Translations under genes and position numbers: made by a program
Virus record (IMG/VR): IMGVR_UViG_3300013674_000001
Span: 1 to 39,870 of that record
From: a virus
Strand: one strand, 5' to 3'
DNA: 39,870 nt
The notes under the pieces: generated by a model
What the model was told of the DNA's origin: nothing
The model's input: the letters and a program-made list of their open reading frames with translations, nothing else
Database searches by the model: none
In this document: piece by piece, positions 8,560 through 16,626 of the stretch
Position numbering within the stretch: the stretch's first letter is position 1
Layout: every line of letters starts with the position of its first letter

Positions 8560-10227
8560 TTACGGATGGTTTGCATTAGCAGTCCCCGATTGAGCCGCAA
8601 TTTGGCCAGCGTTTTGCATTAACCATGTGGAAAAAACTTGGTTAAAAGCTTTTACATCTTCTGGTCCTTCTGGTCTTGCCATCCCGCGCATGAGTGCCGA
8701 TGCGATTTTTGCGTTCCGACGCTGCATCCTGTTTACAACAGCTCTCCCCGCTGCGCCCGCAGCAATGCCAGTGCCAGTAAGCGCCAAACCGCCCACAGCA
8801 AAAAGAGGGTTGCCCGATGCGGCTGCAGAAATTGTTCCTACGGCTGCTGGACCCGCGCTGGCGGCTCCAGAGATTGCGCCAGTAGGGGCAAATTTTCCTA
8901 TTTTGGTTGCAATATTCTCAGGCAAGCCACCTGTCGCGATGCGCTCAATAATTGCTTTCTGGTCTGCGCTAAGGCCCTGCACACCCTTTTTCCCGTCCTC
9001 TATGTCTTTGAGAATTTTACTGAATTTCTTGCGAATTTCATCATCAAACCCAAGGGTACGAGATTTTCTTGCGTCTATTTCAGCTTTTCGAATTGTAGTT
9101 TCGATCAGGTTTCCGCGCATAGCAGCCGTATAGAGTTTGTTAGCCTCCGCAAGTTGAGGCAAAAGGCCGCTTGTAAAATTGTCATAAGACTTGAGCATCT
9201 GAACACCAATTCGGGCTTCAGAAGGATCTGTACTTGCCGCAATGCGCTGAAAGTTGCGGCGCAGCTTGAGCATTTGCTTTGGTGTCAAGTTTTCCGCGTC
9301 CGCCAGCTCAGAAGCCAATTTGTAACCAGACTTTACCTTTGGCATATCGGCCGCAATCTTTCCGTTGATTAGAAGGCCCTCATTGTCGGCAATCGCAATC
9401 AGGTCGTTAGACATTTGCGAAACCTGTTCCCTCGTGGCCGTCAATCCTTCACGCTCTGCGGCGTCATACAATTCACCCGCAGCTTTTTTGAGAGATCCCT
9501 TTTCGGGGGTGTCTCGAATAGCTCGGTTTACAATTCTCTTATAGGCGCTCTTGTCCGCAGCTTTAAGTCCAGCTTGAGCTCCCGTCGCACCAAACCCCGC
9601 ACCAGCAAGAGACGCAGCAAGTTGCGCAGTTACACTATCTGGGAAATATTCGGTAGCCGCTTGAGCAGCGGTGCCAGATCCAATGTCGGCCGCCAAATCT
9701 GTCAATGCAACGGCGCCCGCACGAGCAGGAACGCTAGCAAGTGCAATTGGAGCAGCCACAGCACCGGCCCCCACTTCCTGACCAACACGACGAGCAAAGC
9801 GTTGGGGGCTGGTTTGCGGTTCAATTTCCGTAACAAGTCCCGCAGCTTGCGCCGCTTGGCTCAGGGATTCAGATCCACCCAATGGTGCCCTTCCGGTTTC
9901 CGCAGTAATTTCAGCGCGTGTTTTCAGGTTGGCACCAGTCGCTTTGTTAACGCCTTTGACGATTAAATCCTGCGACCAATTGGAGAAATCAACAGGGGCT
10001 CCCAGTATCGTCAGAATGCCCTCGTTGAGACCTGAGCCAAGTTGCTCAAGAAAGGAAGTCTCTTCGGGCGTAAACTGGTCGGCCTCTACAGGAGCCTCCA
10101 CCTGAGTTGCTGTCGCAGGGGGCTGAAATTCTGCAAACCGCTTCATCAAATCGGACGCAGGTGCAGCTTCCGCAGGCGCAGCCTGAAACGCCCTGAATCT
10201 TTCCAGAAGTTCTTTTTCGTTTGCCAT
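8560..10227 (-). CDS. Internal virion / ejection protein, 555 aa (positional analogue of P22 gp16/gp20)
   Basis: Ala/Gly/Gln-rich helical protein with a C-terminal Gly/Ala-rich hydrophobic region. Last of three consecutive large genes downstream of the gp10-like hub gene. Confidence 0.6.
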   Translation of the reverse strand: MANEKELLERFRAFQAAPAEAAPASDLMKRFAEFQPPATATQVEAPVEADQFTPEETSFLEQLGSGLNEGILTILGAPVDFSNWSQDLIVKGVNKATGANLKTRAEITAETGRAPLGGSESLSQAAQAAGLVTEIEPQTSPQRFARRVGQEVGAGAVAAPIALASVPARAGAVALTDLAADIGSGTAAQAATEYFPDSVTAQLAASLAGAGFGATGAQAGLKAADKSAYKRIVNRAIRDTPEKGSLKKAAGELYDAAEREGLTATREQVSQMSNDLIAIADNEGLLINGKIAADMPKVKSGYKLASELADAENLTPKQMLKLRRNFQRIAASTDPSEARIGVQMLKSYDNFTSGLLPQLAEANKLYTAAMRGNLIETTIRKAEIDARKSRTLGFDDEIRKKFSKILKDIEDGKKGVQGLSADQKAIIERIATGGLPENIATKIGKFAPTGAISGAASAGPAAVGTISAAASGNPLFAVGGLALTGTGIAAGAAGRAVVNRMQRRNAKIASALMRGMARPEGPEDVKAFNQVFSTWLMQNAGQIAAQSGTANANHP

Positions 10228-10235
10228 GCTGCCCC

Positions 10236-12296
10236 CTAGTTAAAGCTGTCGTTGATGGACTTTTGTTCCTCGGGCGTGAGAGATTCAAACCATTGAGCAA
10301 TTTGCTGCGGCGACATATCCGGTCGCTCCCTTTGAAGTCCCGCAAATGCTGACGGGGACAAAACAGGCGCACCCTGGTCGATCTTCTGACCCAGAACGCT
10401 TTCCGCCATTTCATTCGGGTTAACGAGCCCACCAGACGCAATGCCAAGAGAGTTTGCGTAAGCTTCTCGAAGTTGCCTCTTGAATGCAATGGTGGCGGCG
10501 TCATCTCCCACGCTTGCAAAATATGTATTGGTAACTCGATCAATTTCTGGCTGAGTTGCGGCCGCGCCTGTTTGAATGCGCAAAACACCTTCAGCCCATG
10601 CATTTTTGGCGGCATTGTATTGGCGCCCAGCAGGGGTATTGAAAAAATTACCAATATCACCACCTTGCGTCGCAAGGAACTGCGCAATTGAAGCGGGATC
10701 AAATCCGCCCTGCTCCAATGTATCAAATACGGGCTGTGCACTAGCCATTTGAGCGCCGAAGAGCGCCATTTGACTCTGACGCTCTGTCAGTTTGATTGCT
10801 TCTCCCGTGGGAACATTTACCGTAACACCTGCGCCACCAATAGCAGATATGCGCCCCTCTGGGGACTGTTGATAAGTTTTGGTTTCATCATATCCGACAC
10901 CTAAAAGGCGCTCTGCCTCTTCCGGGGAAAGGACCGTATAGGATGGATCGTCCTTGATGCTGTCGGCAATGGCAGATTGAATTGCTAGCGCGCCTTGCTC
11001 GGGGGGCACAATGCCCCTATCAATATCGCTTTGAAGGTCCGTTATGGTTTGGCCAAGGTCACTTGCTGGCTGCCCTGCTTGCGCGCGCGCTTCAAGTTGC
11101 CTTTCATATTCAGAAACAACAAAATCTTTGATTTCATCAGACACTCCTGGCGACGCCAAGAGAGATGCCACTTGTTGCTGGGTAATCTGCTGAGGTTGAG
11201 GCTGTTGTTGCGCTCCTTGCGCGAAAATTTGAGCCTCGCGCAATCTGCGATCCTCGTTAATACCCTCGTTATCTGAACCCAAAGCCGCAATTGCTTGCGC
11301 CGTTGCCTGAATGTCGCCCGTCCTCGCAACGCTCGCAACCCTTTGAGGCAGTTCCCCGTAGTTGTAGGTGATACTGTCAAGCGCGGCCTGTTGCTGCGGT
11401 GAAAAGCTATCATATACTTCTGCGCCAACCGCAGCACGGGCACGCGGTTTGAACTCCGTCTGAACGCGGCGAACCAAGTCTCTTTCTGCGTCCTCTCGCG
11501 TAACGCGGGTTCCTTCCGTAACCTGGATAACGCGGCCATCTTCGGTTGTGATTGTATCTGATCCATATCCGGTACGCAGTGCGTTTACATCGAAATAAGG
11601 AGTTTCACGGAATCCCTCAAACTCACGGATGAGAGCAAGTGAAGGATCATCTGTTCCAGGATCAAAAACCTGTCCAATAAGGCGCTCCCCAGCACGTTGC
11701 TGCTGTTCAGCCAATCGCCTCTGGCCTGTCGCCTCTTCTTGTGCCAATACAAGCCTTAAGGCTTCGGGGTTTCTGGCCGCCAGTTCAGCGCGCGCCGCAA
11801 GTCTTTCCTGCTGCGTAGGTGCAGGCAATGCCTTAAGTGTCGCGTCTCCCGTCATGGCTGTTTTCTGGGCCTGCAGGTCGATTTCATCAGCGGACAGTCC
11901 CGACATACGCAGAAGCTCGGTTGCGTCCCCCCCTTGGCGCTGCACTTCGCTTGCACGTTCAAGGATAATCTTCTGCTTTTCCGATGGGCTCTTGGCAGCA
12001 AGAATGCGGCGCGAGGTATCAATGCCCACCTGAGCCTCCTGACGTGCCTGATTAATCAGGGTGGGGTTGCGCTGGCCGTTAAGCTGCTGAATCCTTGAGG
12101 CCAAATCCGGGGCGATCCTTTGAAGAAACCCACCGGCGTTTTTCTCTGGCACTGCGGGAAGTCCACTTGCCTGACGCACCAGATTGGTGAGTTCGCGTTG
12201 CTCTCGGCGCTCCCTTGCCTGCTCAATGGCCGGTCCAAATGCTTCCCCCAAATCGATAGCAAGGGACCGACCGTCGAGATTTGCCAGTGTGACCAT
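10236..12296 (-). CDS. Internal virion / ejection protein with embedded lysozyme (GH24-like) domain, 686 aa
   Basis: Central segment LIREFEGFRETPYFDVNALRTGYGSDT...QQQAALDSITYNYG matches the phage lysozyme E-x-EG...Y.D...TxGYG signature (about 11223..11645). Flanks are Q/A/E-rich and helical. SD AAGGAAAG. Confidence 0.8.
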   Translation of the reverse strand: MVTLANLDGRSLAIDLGEAFGPAIEQARERREQRELTNLVRQASGLPAVPEKNAGGFLQRIAPDLASRIQQLNGQRNPTLINQARQEAQVGIDTSRRILAAKSPSEKQKIILERASEVQRQGGDATELLRMSGLSADEIDLQAQKTAMTGDATLKALPAPTQQERLAARAELAARNPEALRLVLAQEEATGQRRLAEQQQRAGERLIGQVFDPGTDDPSLALIREFEGFRETPYFDVNALRTGYGSDTITTEDGRVIQVTEGTRVTREDAERDLVRRVQTEFKPRARAAVGAEVYDSFSPQQQAALDSITYNYGELPQRVASVARTGDIQATAQAIAALGSDNEGINEDRRLREAQIFAQGAQQQPQPQQITQQQVASLLASPGVSDEIKDFVVSEYERQLEARAQAGQPASDLGQTITDLQSDIDRGIVPPEQGALAIQSAIADSIKDDPSYTVLSPEEAERLLGVGYDETKTYQQSPEGRISAIGGAGVTVNVPTGEAIKLTERQSQMALFGAQMASAQPVFDTLEQGGFDPASIAQFLATQGGDIGNFFNTPAGRQYNAAKNAWAEGVLRIQTGAAATQPEIDRVTNTYFASVGDDAATIAFKRQLREAYANSLGIASGGLVNPNEMAESVLGQKIDQGAPVLSPSAFAGLQRERPDMSPQQIAQWFESLTPEEQKSINDSFN

Positions 12297-12308
12297 TCTG
12301 TTCTTTCC

Positions 12309-13139
12309 TTATGCGGCGCGTTGCCTATGATATTCTTCGGCGTTGTGTTCCAAAAGCGCTGTCAGAGGCCCGTAAGCAATGCACTTGAAGCCGCCAAACT
12401 CGGATACGTATTCCGGGTACTTCTGCTCAACCTCGTCAGCCATGAAGCCAAGCGTCGGCGTATCGTAAACCATCATGCCCTCAAGTTCTGGCTTCCAGTC
12501 CCATTGATAAATGCCAAGATCGTTGATTTCACCAACCTTGACCGCGTTATCCTTCAATCGGGGATCGGACAGCGCCAAGCCCAGCAAATTAAAGGCGCCT
12601 TGCCCAAATGCTGCAGCGGCCTGTGCACCCCCCAAAATACCGGATGCCTGATCTTGTCCGATTTGTTGACGCGCCCCAAGAAGGCTTTGTCCAAGTTGTG
12701 AAGCCAATCCAGCCGAGCTTTGAGCCGCACCAAAGCCAAGGTTTGCCAAACCCTGTGACCTTCCCGACAAAAGTTGCTCAATTTGCAATCCAAGTTCTGT
12801 TGGAATGTTGGCAATTTCCTGAACTGCGGTTCCTGATCGATTAAGACCTGCGGCAGAGAGTTGTCCCTGCGCAGCACGCGTGCGCTCAGCGATCAAGGGC
12901 TCTAAGGATTCACCTCCGAGTATTTCCCCAAGGCGCTCTCCAAATCCCGGTATTGAGGCGGCTTGTTCAACGTCTTCCAGAGCACCAGTGCCTGCAGCAA
13001 GAAAGGGCGCAAGATCCTCTCGGGCAATGCCAAACTGGCGCCGCAGTTCCTCAATTCCAAGACGACTTTGGGCCGTGGCCGCGTCTGCCGCCTTTTCCGC
13101 TGCGCGCTTACCAAGGACGCCCCCAACAATTTGTCCCAT
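12309..13139 (-). CDS. Virion protein (ejection- or needle-position) with C-terminal peptidase S74 intramolecular-chaperone domain, 276 aa
   Basis: The C-terminal segment LAL-SDPRLKDNAVKVGEINDLGIYQWDWKPE...GFMADEVEQKYPEYV carries the SDxRxK autocleavage signature of S74 chaperone domains. The N-terminal 190 aa are G/A/Q/L-rich. Confidence 0.7.
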   Translation of the reverse strand: MGQIVGGVLGKRAAEKAADAATAQSRLGIEELRRQFGIAREDLAPFLAAGTGALEDVEQAASIPGFGERLGEILGGESLEPLIAERTRAAQGQLSAAGLNRSGTAVQEIANIPTELGLQIEQLLSGRSQGLANLGFGAAQSSAGLASQLGQSLLGARQQIGQDQASGILGGAQAAAAFGQGAFNLLGLALSDPRLKDNAVKVGEINDLGIYQWDWKPELEGMMVYDTPTLGFMADEVEQKYPEYVSEFGGFKCIAYGPLTALLEHNAEEYHRQRAA

Positions 13140-13144
13140 TGCTT

Positions 13145-13561
13145 TTACCCTTCTCCCCCGCAGTACATTTTCCGCGTCATGATGTAAGCTTTTCCGCCTT
13201 TGTTTTCAGAATGAACACGCAAGCCTGTGCGTCTTGCTATAATACTTGCATGCCGAAAGCTTTTCGCTATCGGAGCCAGAATAGCATCTGCATCCGTATT
13301 TTCAAACAACCATCCGATTGCGTTGCGCGCACTCTTAATTGCTTTCGATCCTCGGCACTTCGGACCCATGCAAGCATGCATGAGAAAATAGTCCTCCTCG
13401 GGCTCAAAAATCCACACCCCTACGTCTTTGCCGTGGTCCGACTCCATAAGATAAATGTAATTGGACGAAATGACCGGCCTCCACTCCCCACCGTCTTGCA
13501 TTGGGTTTGCATCCGATATCATTTTGACGCGCCTGTAATCCTGTGTGCGCTCAAGGGTCAT
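13145..13561 (-). CDS. Hypothetical virion-module protein, 138 aa (possible GNAT-like fold; position of P22 gene 14)
   Basis: ATGA overlap with the upstream gene. The segment CRGSKAIKSARNAIGWLFENTDADAILAPI...ARRTGLR resembles an acetyltransferase-fold core. This is my inference only. Confidence 0.6.
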   Translation of the reverse strand: MTLERTQDYRRVKMISDANPMQDGGEWRPVISSNYIYLMESDHGKDVGVWIFEPEEDYFLMHACMGPKCRGSKAIKSARNAIGWLFENTDADAILAPIAKSFRHASIIARRTGLRVHSENKGGKAYIMTRKMYCGGEG

Positions 13562-13845
13562 GATACAATCGCCCTATCCGTGGTTCTGCGCCAGTTGATT
13601 CCGTCACTGAATGCGGGAACGGCGCCCCCGCTTTCATCGCTGACAAAAATCATACCTCTCGTCACTTCCGATGGGGTTGGCAACGTTGCAACCGTAAATG
13701 TGGGAAGGACAACGGCGTTTCCAAGAAGGTTGGCGTTCAGTCTTAAAACAAGTTCATCAAAGAACACCTGCAGTCCCAAAGAAGCTCGGCCTCCCACAAT
13801 GATTTCTTCGCCATGTTCCGGGTTTGTGACAATCTCGTTAGCCAT
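13558..13845 (-). CDS. Hypothetical virion-module protein, 95 aa
   Basis: ATG 13845 follows AGGGGA. C-terminal motif GMIFVSDESGGAVPAFSDGINWRR. Lies directly after the gp10-like hub gene. Confidence 0.65.
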   Translation of the reverse strand: MANEIVTNPEHGEEIIVGGRASLGLQVFFDELVLRLNANLLGNAVVLPTFTVATLPTPSEVTRGMIFVSDESGGAVPAFSDGINWRRTTDRAIVS

Positions 13846-13848
13846 GCT

Positions 13849-15228
13849 CTATCCCCTGAAAAACGCAAACAAGCCATTGGAGTTAAAGTCTACGCTCTGC
13901 GTTGTGTAAATCCTTAGCCCCATGAACCCGTCATAGGTTCCAAGACCCCCGGGATAATTCCATTCCAGATGGTCAGTGTAATCGCCCAGCGCGCCCAAAT
14001 CTCGAAACAGGTATTCTCCATATTCAACATTGTTGCGCGAAAGTGCGAGTCCCACAGTTCCCGGCACATCATCCCCCGGTCCCCCGTCAAATCCCTGAGA
14101 AATCTGCAAAGAAACCGACTGACATGCAAAGAAATCGTTGTCAGGATGTTGGAACGCCACGTCTATAATTCGCGGAATTTTGTTGCCAAACTCCGTGTCT
14201 ATGTTTTCAATCTTTCCAAACAAGGTACCCGACGCAGAGTAATATGTGCCTTCAAACTGATCAATGAAACCACCATTCCACGGCAATATTTCCCCTTCAA
14301 TGATAGTGGTAAGCTCAAACCATTGACCGTTAAAAAACCCAAAGCTTGCATTGGTTAAAGTGATTGTAAGGATATCGTACCCACGCCATTTGAACCTGTT
14401 TCCGACCGCACGCGATAACTGCTCAAGCGTGTGTTGGCTTAGAATTAAATCCACTCTCTCGTTTGAAATCTTGATGGCGCGGCCTTGGCTCACGAGGTAG
14501 ATGCCGGGGTCTTGGTCTCGCTCACGCCCCACAAAGGCATAAGTGTCGTTGTAGAAAACAAGACCCCCGATGTATCCGTAGTCCAGCCGAGCCCCGGTCA
14601 GACGCGAAAACGGTACAGGCGTCGCGCCGGTGTTTCGGAACAATTCAAAACTATCTGTCCCGGCGATGTAGAGCGTATTTCGCAGGTTGAATGTAGTTGT
14701 GTTTTGGTCCGGCAGTTCTTCCGCGTCAAAGAAGTTAGATGCGCCGACCGTTAATGCATTCGCATCTGTGAAAAACGCAGGATTTGCGCCATTGGATGGA
14801 ATGAACACGAACCTGGCATCAATGAATGTGACGGCATCGCTAGGCTCATAGTTTGCGTTGCCCGAAATGTCCGTCAGAGTGTCTGAGGTATCCAGAGAGT
14901 AGATCTCCCCCCCGCGCACCACCAGAACCGCAGCTGTAAACCCTACAGCACTTTCCACAAGCGTGTTGCCTGCAATGGTTCCTATCGTGGTGAATGTGCC
15001 AGTCTCAACGTTTGTGATTTTTATCAGTGTGGTGCCAACAACTTCGTAAAGCGCGCCGTTCCAGACAAATTGTCCCCGCGCCACAGTCCCAAGGTTGCTG
15101 ATTGTTTCAATCCCCGGCCGCGCGATAACTGCGCCCTGCTGGTTATTGAAACAGTTCATGAGGGTTTGGCGGCTTTTGGGAAGGTTTTCCACACCAACAA
15201 AACCGGGAGGCATTGGGATTTGCGGCAT
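13849..15228 (-). CDS. Tail hub protein, P22 gp10-like, 459 aa
   Basis: Strong SD (AAGGAGGaaaaATG). Size and order match P22 gp10 (472 aa). By-eye matches to gp10 as I remember it: GTDSFELFRNTGATP vs GSSTIEYFSLTGATT, and TYAFVGRE..GIYLVSQGRAIKISNERVDLIL vs SYAFISHP..SVYIIGSGQASPIATASIEKII. Confidence 0.75.
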   Translation of the reverse strand: MPQIPMPPGFVGVENLPKSRQTLMNCFNNQQGAVIARPGIETISNLGTVARGQFVWNGALYEVVGTTLIKITNVETGTFTTIGTIAGNTLVESAVGFTAAVLVVRGGEIYSLDTSDTLTDISGNANYEPSDAVTFIDARFVFIPSNGANPAFFTDANALTVGASNFFDAEELPDQNTTTFNLRNTLYIAGTDSFELFRNTGATPVPFSRLTGARLDYGYIGGLVFYNDTYAFVGRERDQDPGIYLVSQGRAIKISNERVDLILSQHTLEQLSRAVGNRFKWRGYDILTITLTNASFGFFNGQWFELTTIIEGEILPWNGGFIDQFEGTYYSASGTLFGKIENIDTEFGNKIPRIIDVAFQHPDNDFFACQSVSLQISQGFDGGPGDDVPGTVGLALSRNNVEYGEYLFRDLGALGDYTDHLEWNYPGGLGTYDGFMGLRIYTTQSVDFNSNGLFAFFRG

Positions 15229-15237
15229 TTTTCCTCC

Positions 15238-15690
15238 TTAGTTTCGGACGCGACCACCCCGGCGCCAAAAGCTCGGGGAATACTGTCCCTGATCTTGGTA
15301 ATTTCCTTGACCCAAGGGGGTTGTGCTCGACAGTACCTTATTCGGCACCGTAACGCGACCATAGAGGCGACGAATGTTCATGTAGTTGCGCCGCGCGTTT
15401 GATTTCAAATCCGGACCCACAATGACTTTTCCGTTGTCAAACAGGGGCGCAAGTTCGATAGCCAGGTTGGTGACAATAGCGTTTCTCGTATCTTCGGGTT
15501 CTCCAAGTTCGTCCCCGGCTGCATCAAGCGGTCTGGTGCCAAGAACGATGTTCTTTGACAACCACAGCTCAAGCATTGAGTTGAGCTTCTTCCGTCCCGC
15601 TTCGATAGATTCAGGGGAAGGAGGGGAAACCACAGAAACCGCGCCAATCTCGGAAAGCGCGTCCCTGATGATGTCGGTTCCTGTGGACAC
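15238..15690 (-). CDS. Head-to-tail adaptor, P22 gp4-like, 150 aa (GTG start)
   Basis: GTG 15690 preceded by AAAGAGG. The N-terminus IIRDALSEIGAVS...LNSMLELW parallels P22 gp4 LVRAALRKLGVAS...LEAMMAEW. NLAIELAPLF parallels NLACRIAPDY. Sits immediately upstream of the gp10-like gene. Confidence 0.7.
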   Translation of the reverse strand: MSTGTDIIRDALSEIGAVSVVSPPSPESIEAGRKKLNSMLELWLSKNIVLGTRPLDAAGDELGEPEDTRNAIVTNLAIELAPLFDNGKVIVGPDLKSNARRNYMNIRRLYGRVTVPNKVLSSTTPLGQGNYQDQGQYSPSFWRRGGRVRN

Positions 15691-15693
15691 CGT

Positions 15694-15861
15694 TTACGCC
15701 TCTTTCTTAGGGCGACCGCGCCGAGCCTTGGGCTTCGCTGCCGCTGCATCCACGCGATCCCAGCCAAGTTTGGCGCAATACTCAACCGTGGCTTTCTCGG
15801 CGTTGGTGTCGATTTCGGCGCCATTTGGTTTAACCCACCGGATCTTTTCTTGCTCTGACAT
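15694..15861 (-). CDS. Small protein with AT-hook-like C-terminus, 55 aa (below the ORF-track cutoff)
   Basis: Hand translation: MSEQEKIRWVKPNGAEIDTNAEKATVEYCAKLGWDRVDAAAAKPKARRGRPKKEA. Stop is 3 nt before the GTG of the adaptor gene. The competing 139-aa track ORF (15405..15824) overlaps two better genes. Confidence 0.5.
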   Translation of the reverse strand: MSEQEKIRWVKPNGAEIDTNAEKATVEYCAKLGWDRVDAAAAKPKARRGRPKKEA

Positions 15862-15888
15862 GTTTACCCCCATCTACAATTTAAGGGT

Positions 15889-15917
15889 ATTATGAGGGAT
15901 CAAGACGCATATCGCAA
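15889..15917 (-). promoter_or_regulatory. Candidate sigma70-type promoter TTGCGA-N17-CATAAT
   Basis: Minus-strand reading: TTGCGAtatgcgtcttgatccctCATAATaccc. Lies between the HNH gene and the adaptor/hub genes. Confidence 0.35.
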
Positions 15918-15926
15918 GGTTGGTGC

Positions 15927-16481
15927 TTAGCGGCCGTGGTTGATGTGGTGGCCGTATTTCTTCTCTGCGGCTTGTCGTGCAGCAATCGCTTCATCTTTAG
16001 AATCAAACAATCCTAAAAATTTGTCTTCTCCATTCACGTGAATTCTTGCCCTCCATTGACTACAACGAAATTTTGAAACGCCGGTGCAGCCGCTATTGTT
16101 ATCGTACCTACGCGCCATGTTTCTAGCATTCTCAATATCGTCAACCACTCTGAGGTTGGAAATCCTGTTGTCTGCCCGATCACCAGATATGTGGTCTATT
16201 TTCCCATCTGGCCATTCGCCATAAACCAAGCACCAAATTACACGGTGAGCTTTTATTTTTCGGTTCCAGATTGAACCATGCTTGTAGCCAAGACCATCCC
16301 CTGTAGTGAAAGCCTCTTTACCAGCATATCGACTATTCCATTTGTGACATTTGTGGTAAGAACTTTGCTTACCATCTTCAAACATGCTCGGGGTGCGAGT
16401 TAGCCAAAACAGTTTTCCTGTCTTTGGACTGCATCGCAAAAGCTTGCGAAGTTCGAACGGGGATGGTAGGTTTTTAGACAT
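15927..16481 (-). CDS. HNH-AP2 homing endonuclease (free-standing), 184 aa
   Basis: HNH core IDHISGDRADNRISNLRVV..NARN, followed by an AP2-type DNA-binding motif TGVSKFRCSQWRARIHVNGEDKFLGLFDSKDEAIAARQAAEKKYG. Own strong SD GAAGGAGG. Lower GC than its neighbours. Confidence 0.9.
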   Translation of the reverse strand: MSKNLPSPFELRKLLRCSPKTGKLFWLTRTPSMFEDGKQSSYHKCHKWNSRYAGKEAFTTGDGLGYKHGSIWNRKIKAHRVIWCLVYGEWPDGKIDHISGDRADNRISNLRVVDDIENARNMARRYDNNSGCTGVSKFRCSQWRARIHVNGEDKFLGLFDSKDEAIAARQAAEKKYGHHINHGR

Positions 16482-16570
16482 TGAAGCCTCCTTCTCAGGT
16501 TTCGATCACGGGCTCGGCTGTTAGTGCAGCGCGGGCCTTTTTTATTTTAACATCCCGTAAATAATGACGC

Positions 16571-16602
16571 AACAAACGAAAAGGGCGGCACAATCGCCGC
16601 CC
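16571..16602 (-). terminator. Rho-independent terminator downstream of the coat gene
   Basis: Minus-strand reading: GGGCGGC-gattgt-GCCGCCC followed by TTTTCGTTTGTT. Begins about 25 nt after the coat stop codon. Confidence 0.8.
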
Positions 16603-16626
16603 TTCCCAATGATATGCCAACACAAC

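Noticed and set aside
8627-9966. Plus-strand ORFs of 168, 244 and 183 aa
   Set aside because: All are antisense to the 555-aa ejection-protein gene. They are low-complexity, Cys/Arg/Ser-rich translations typical of shadow ORFs.
10046-10741. 231-aa minus-strand ORF
   Set aside because: It overlaps the 3' end of the 686-aa gene and the 5' end of the 555-aa gene in another frame. Both of those genes have strong starts and coherent sequences.
12953-13909. 318-aa plus-strand ORF
   Set aside because: It runs antisense across four tightly coupled minus-strand virion genes, and its composition is Arg/Pro/Cys-rich and implausible.
15405-15824. 139-aa minus-strand ORF
   Set aside because: It overlaps both the gp4-like adaptor gene and the 55-aa ORF in another frame. 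Its translation is Arg/Pro/Ser-rich.
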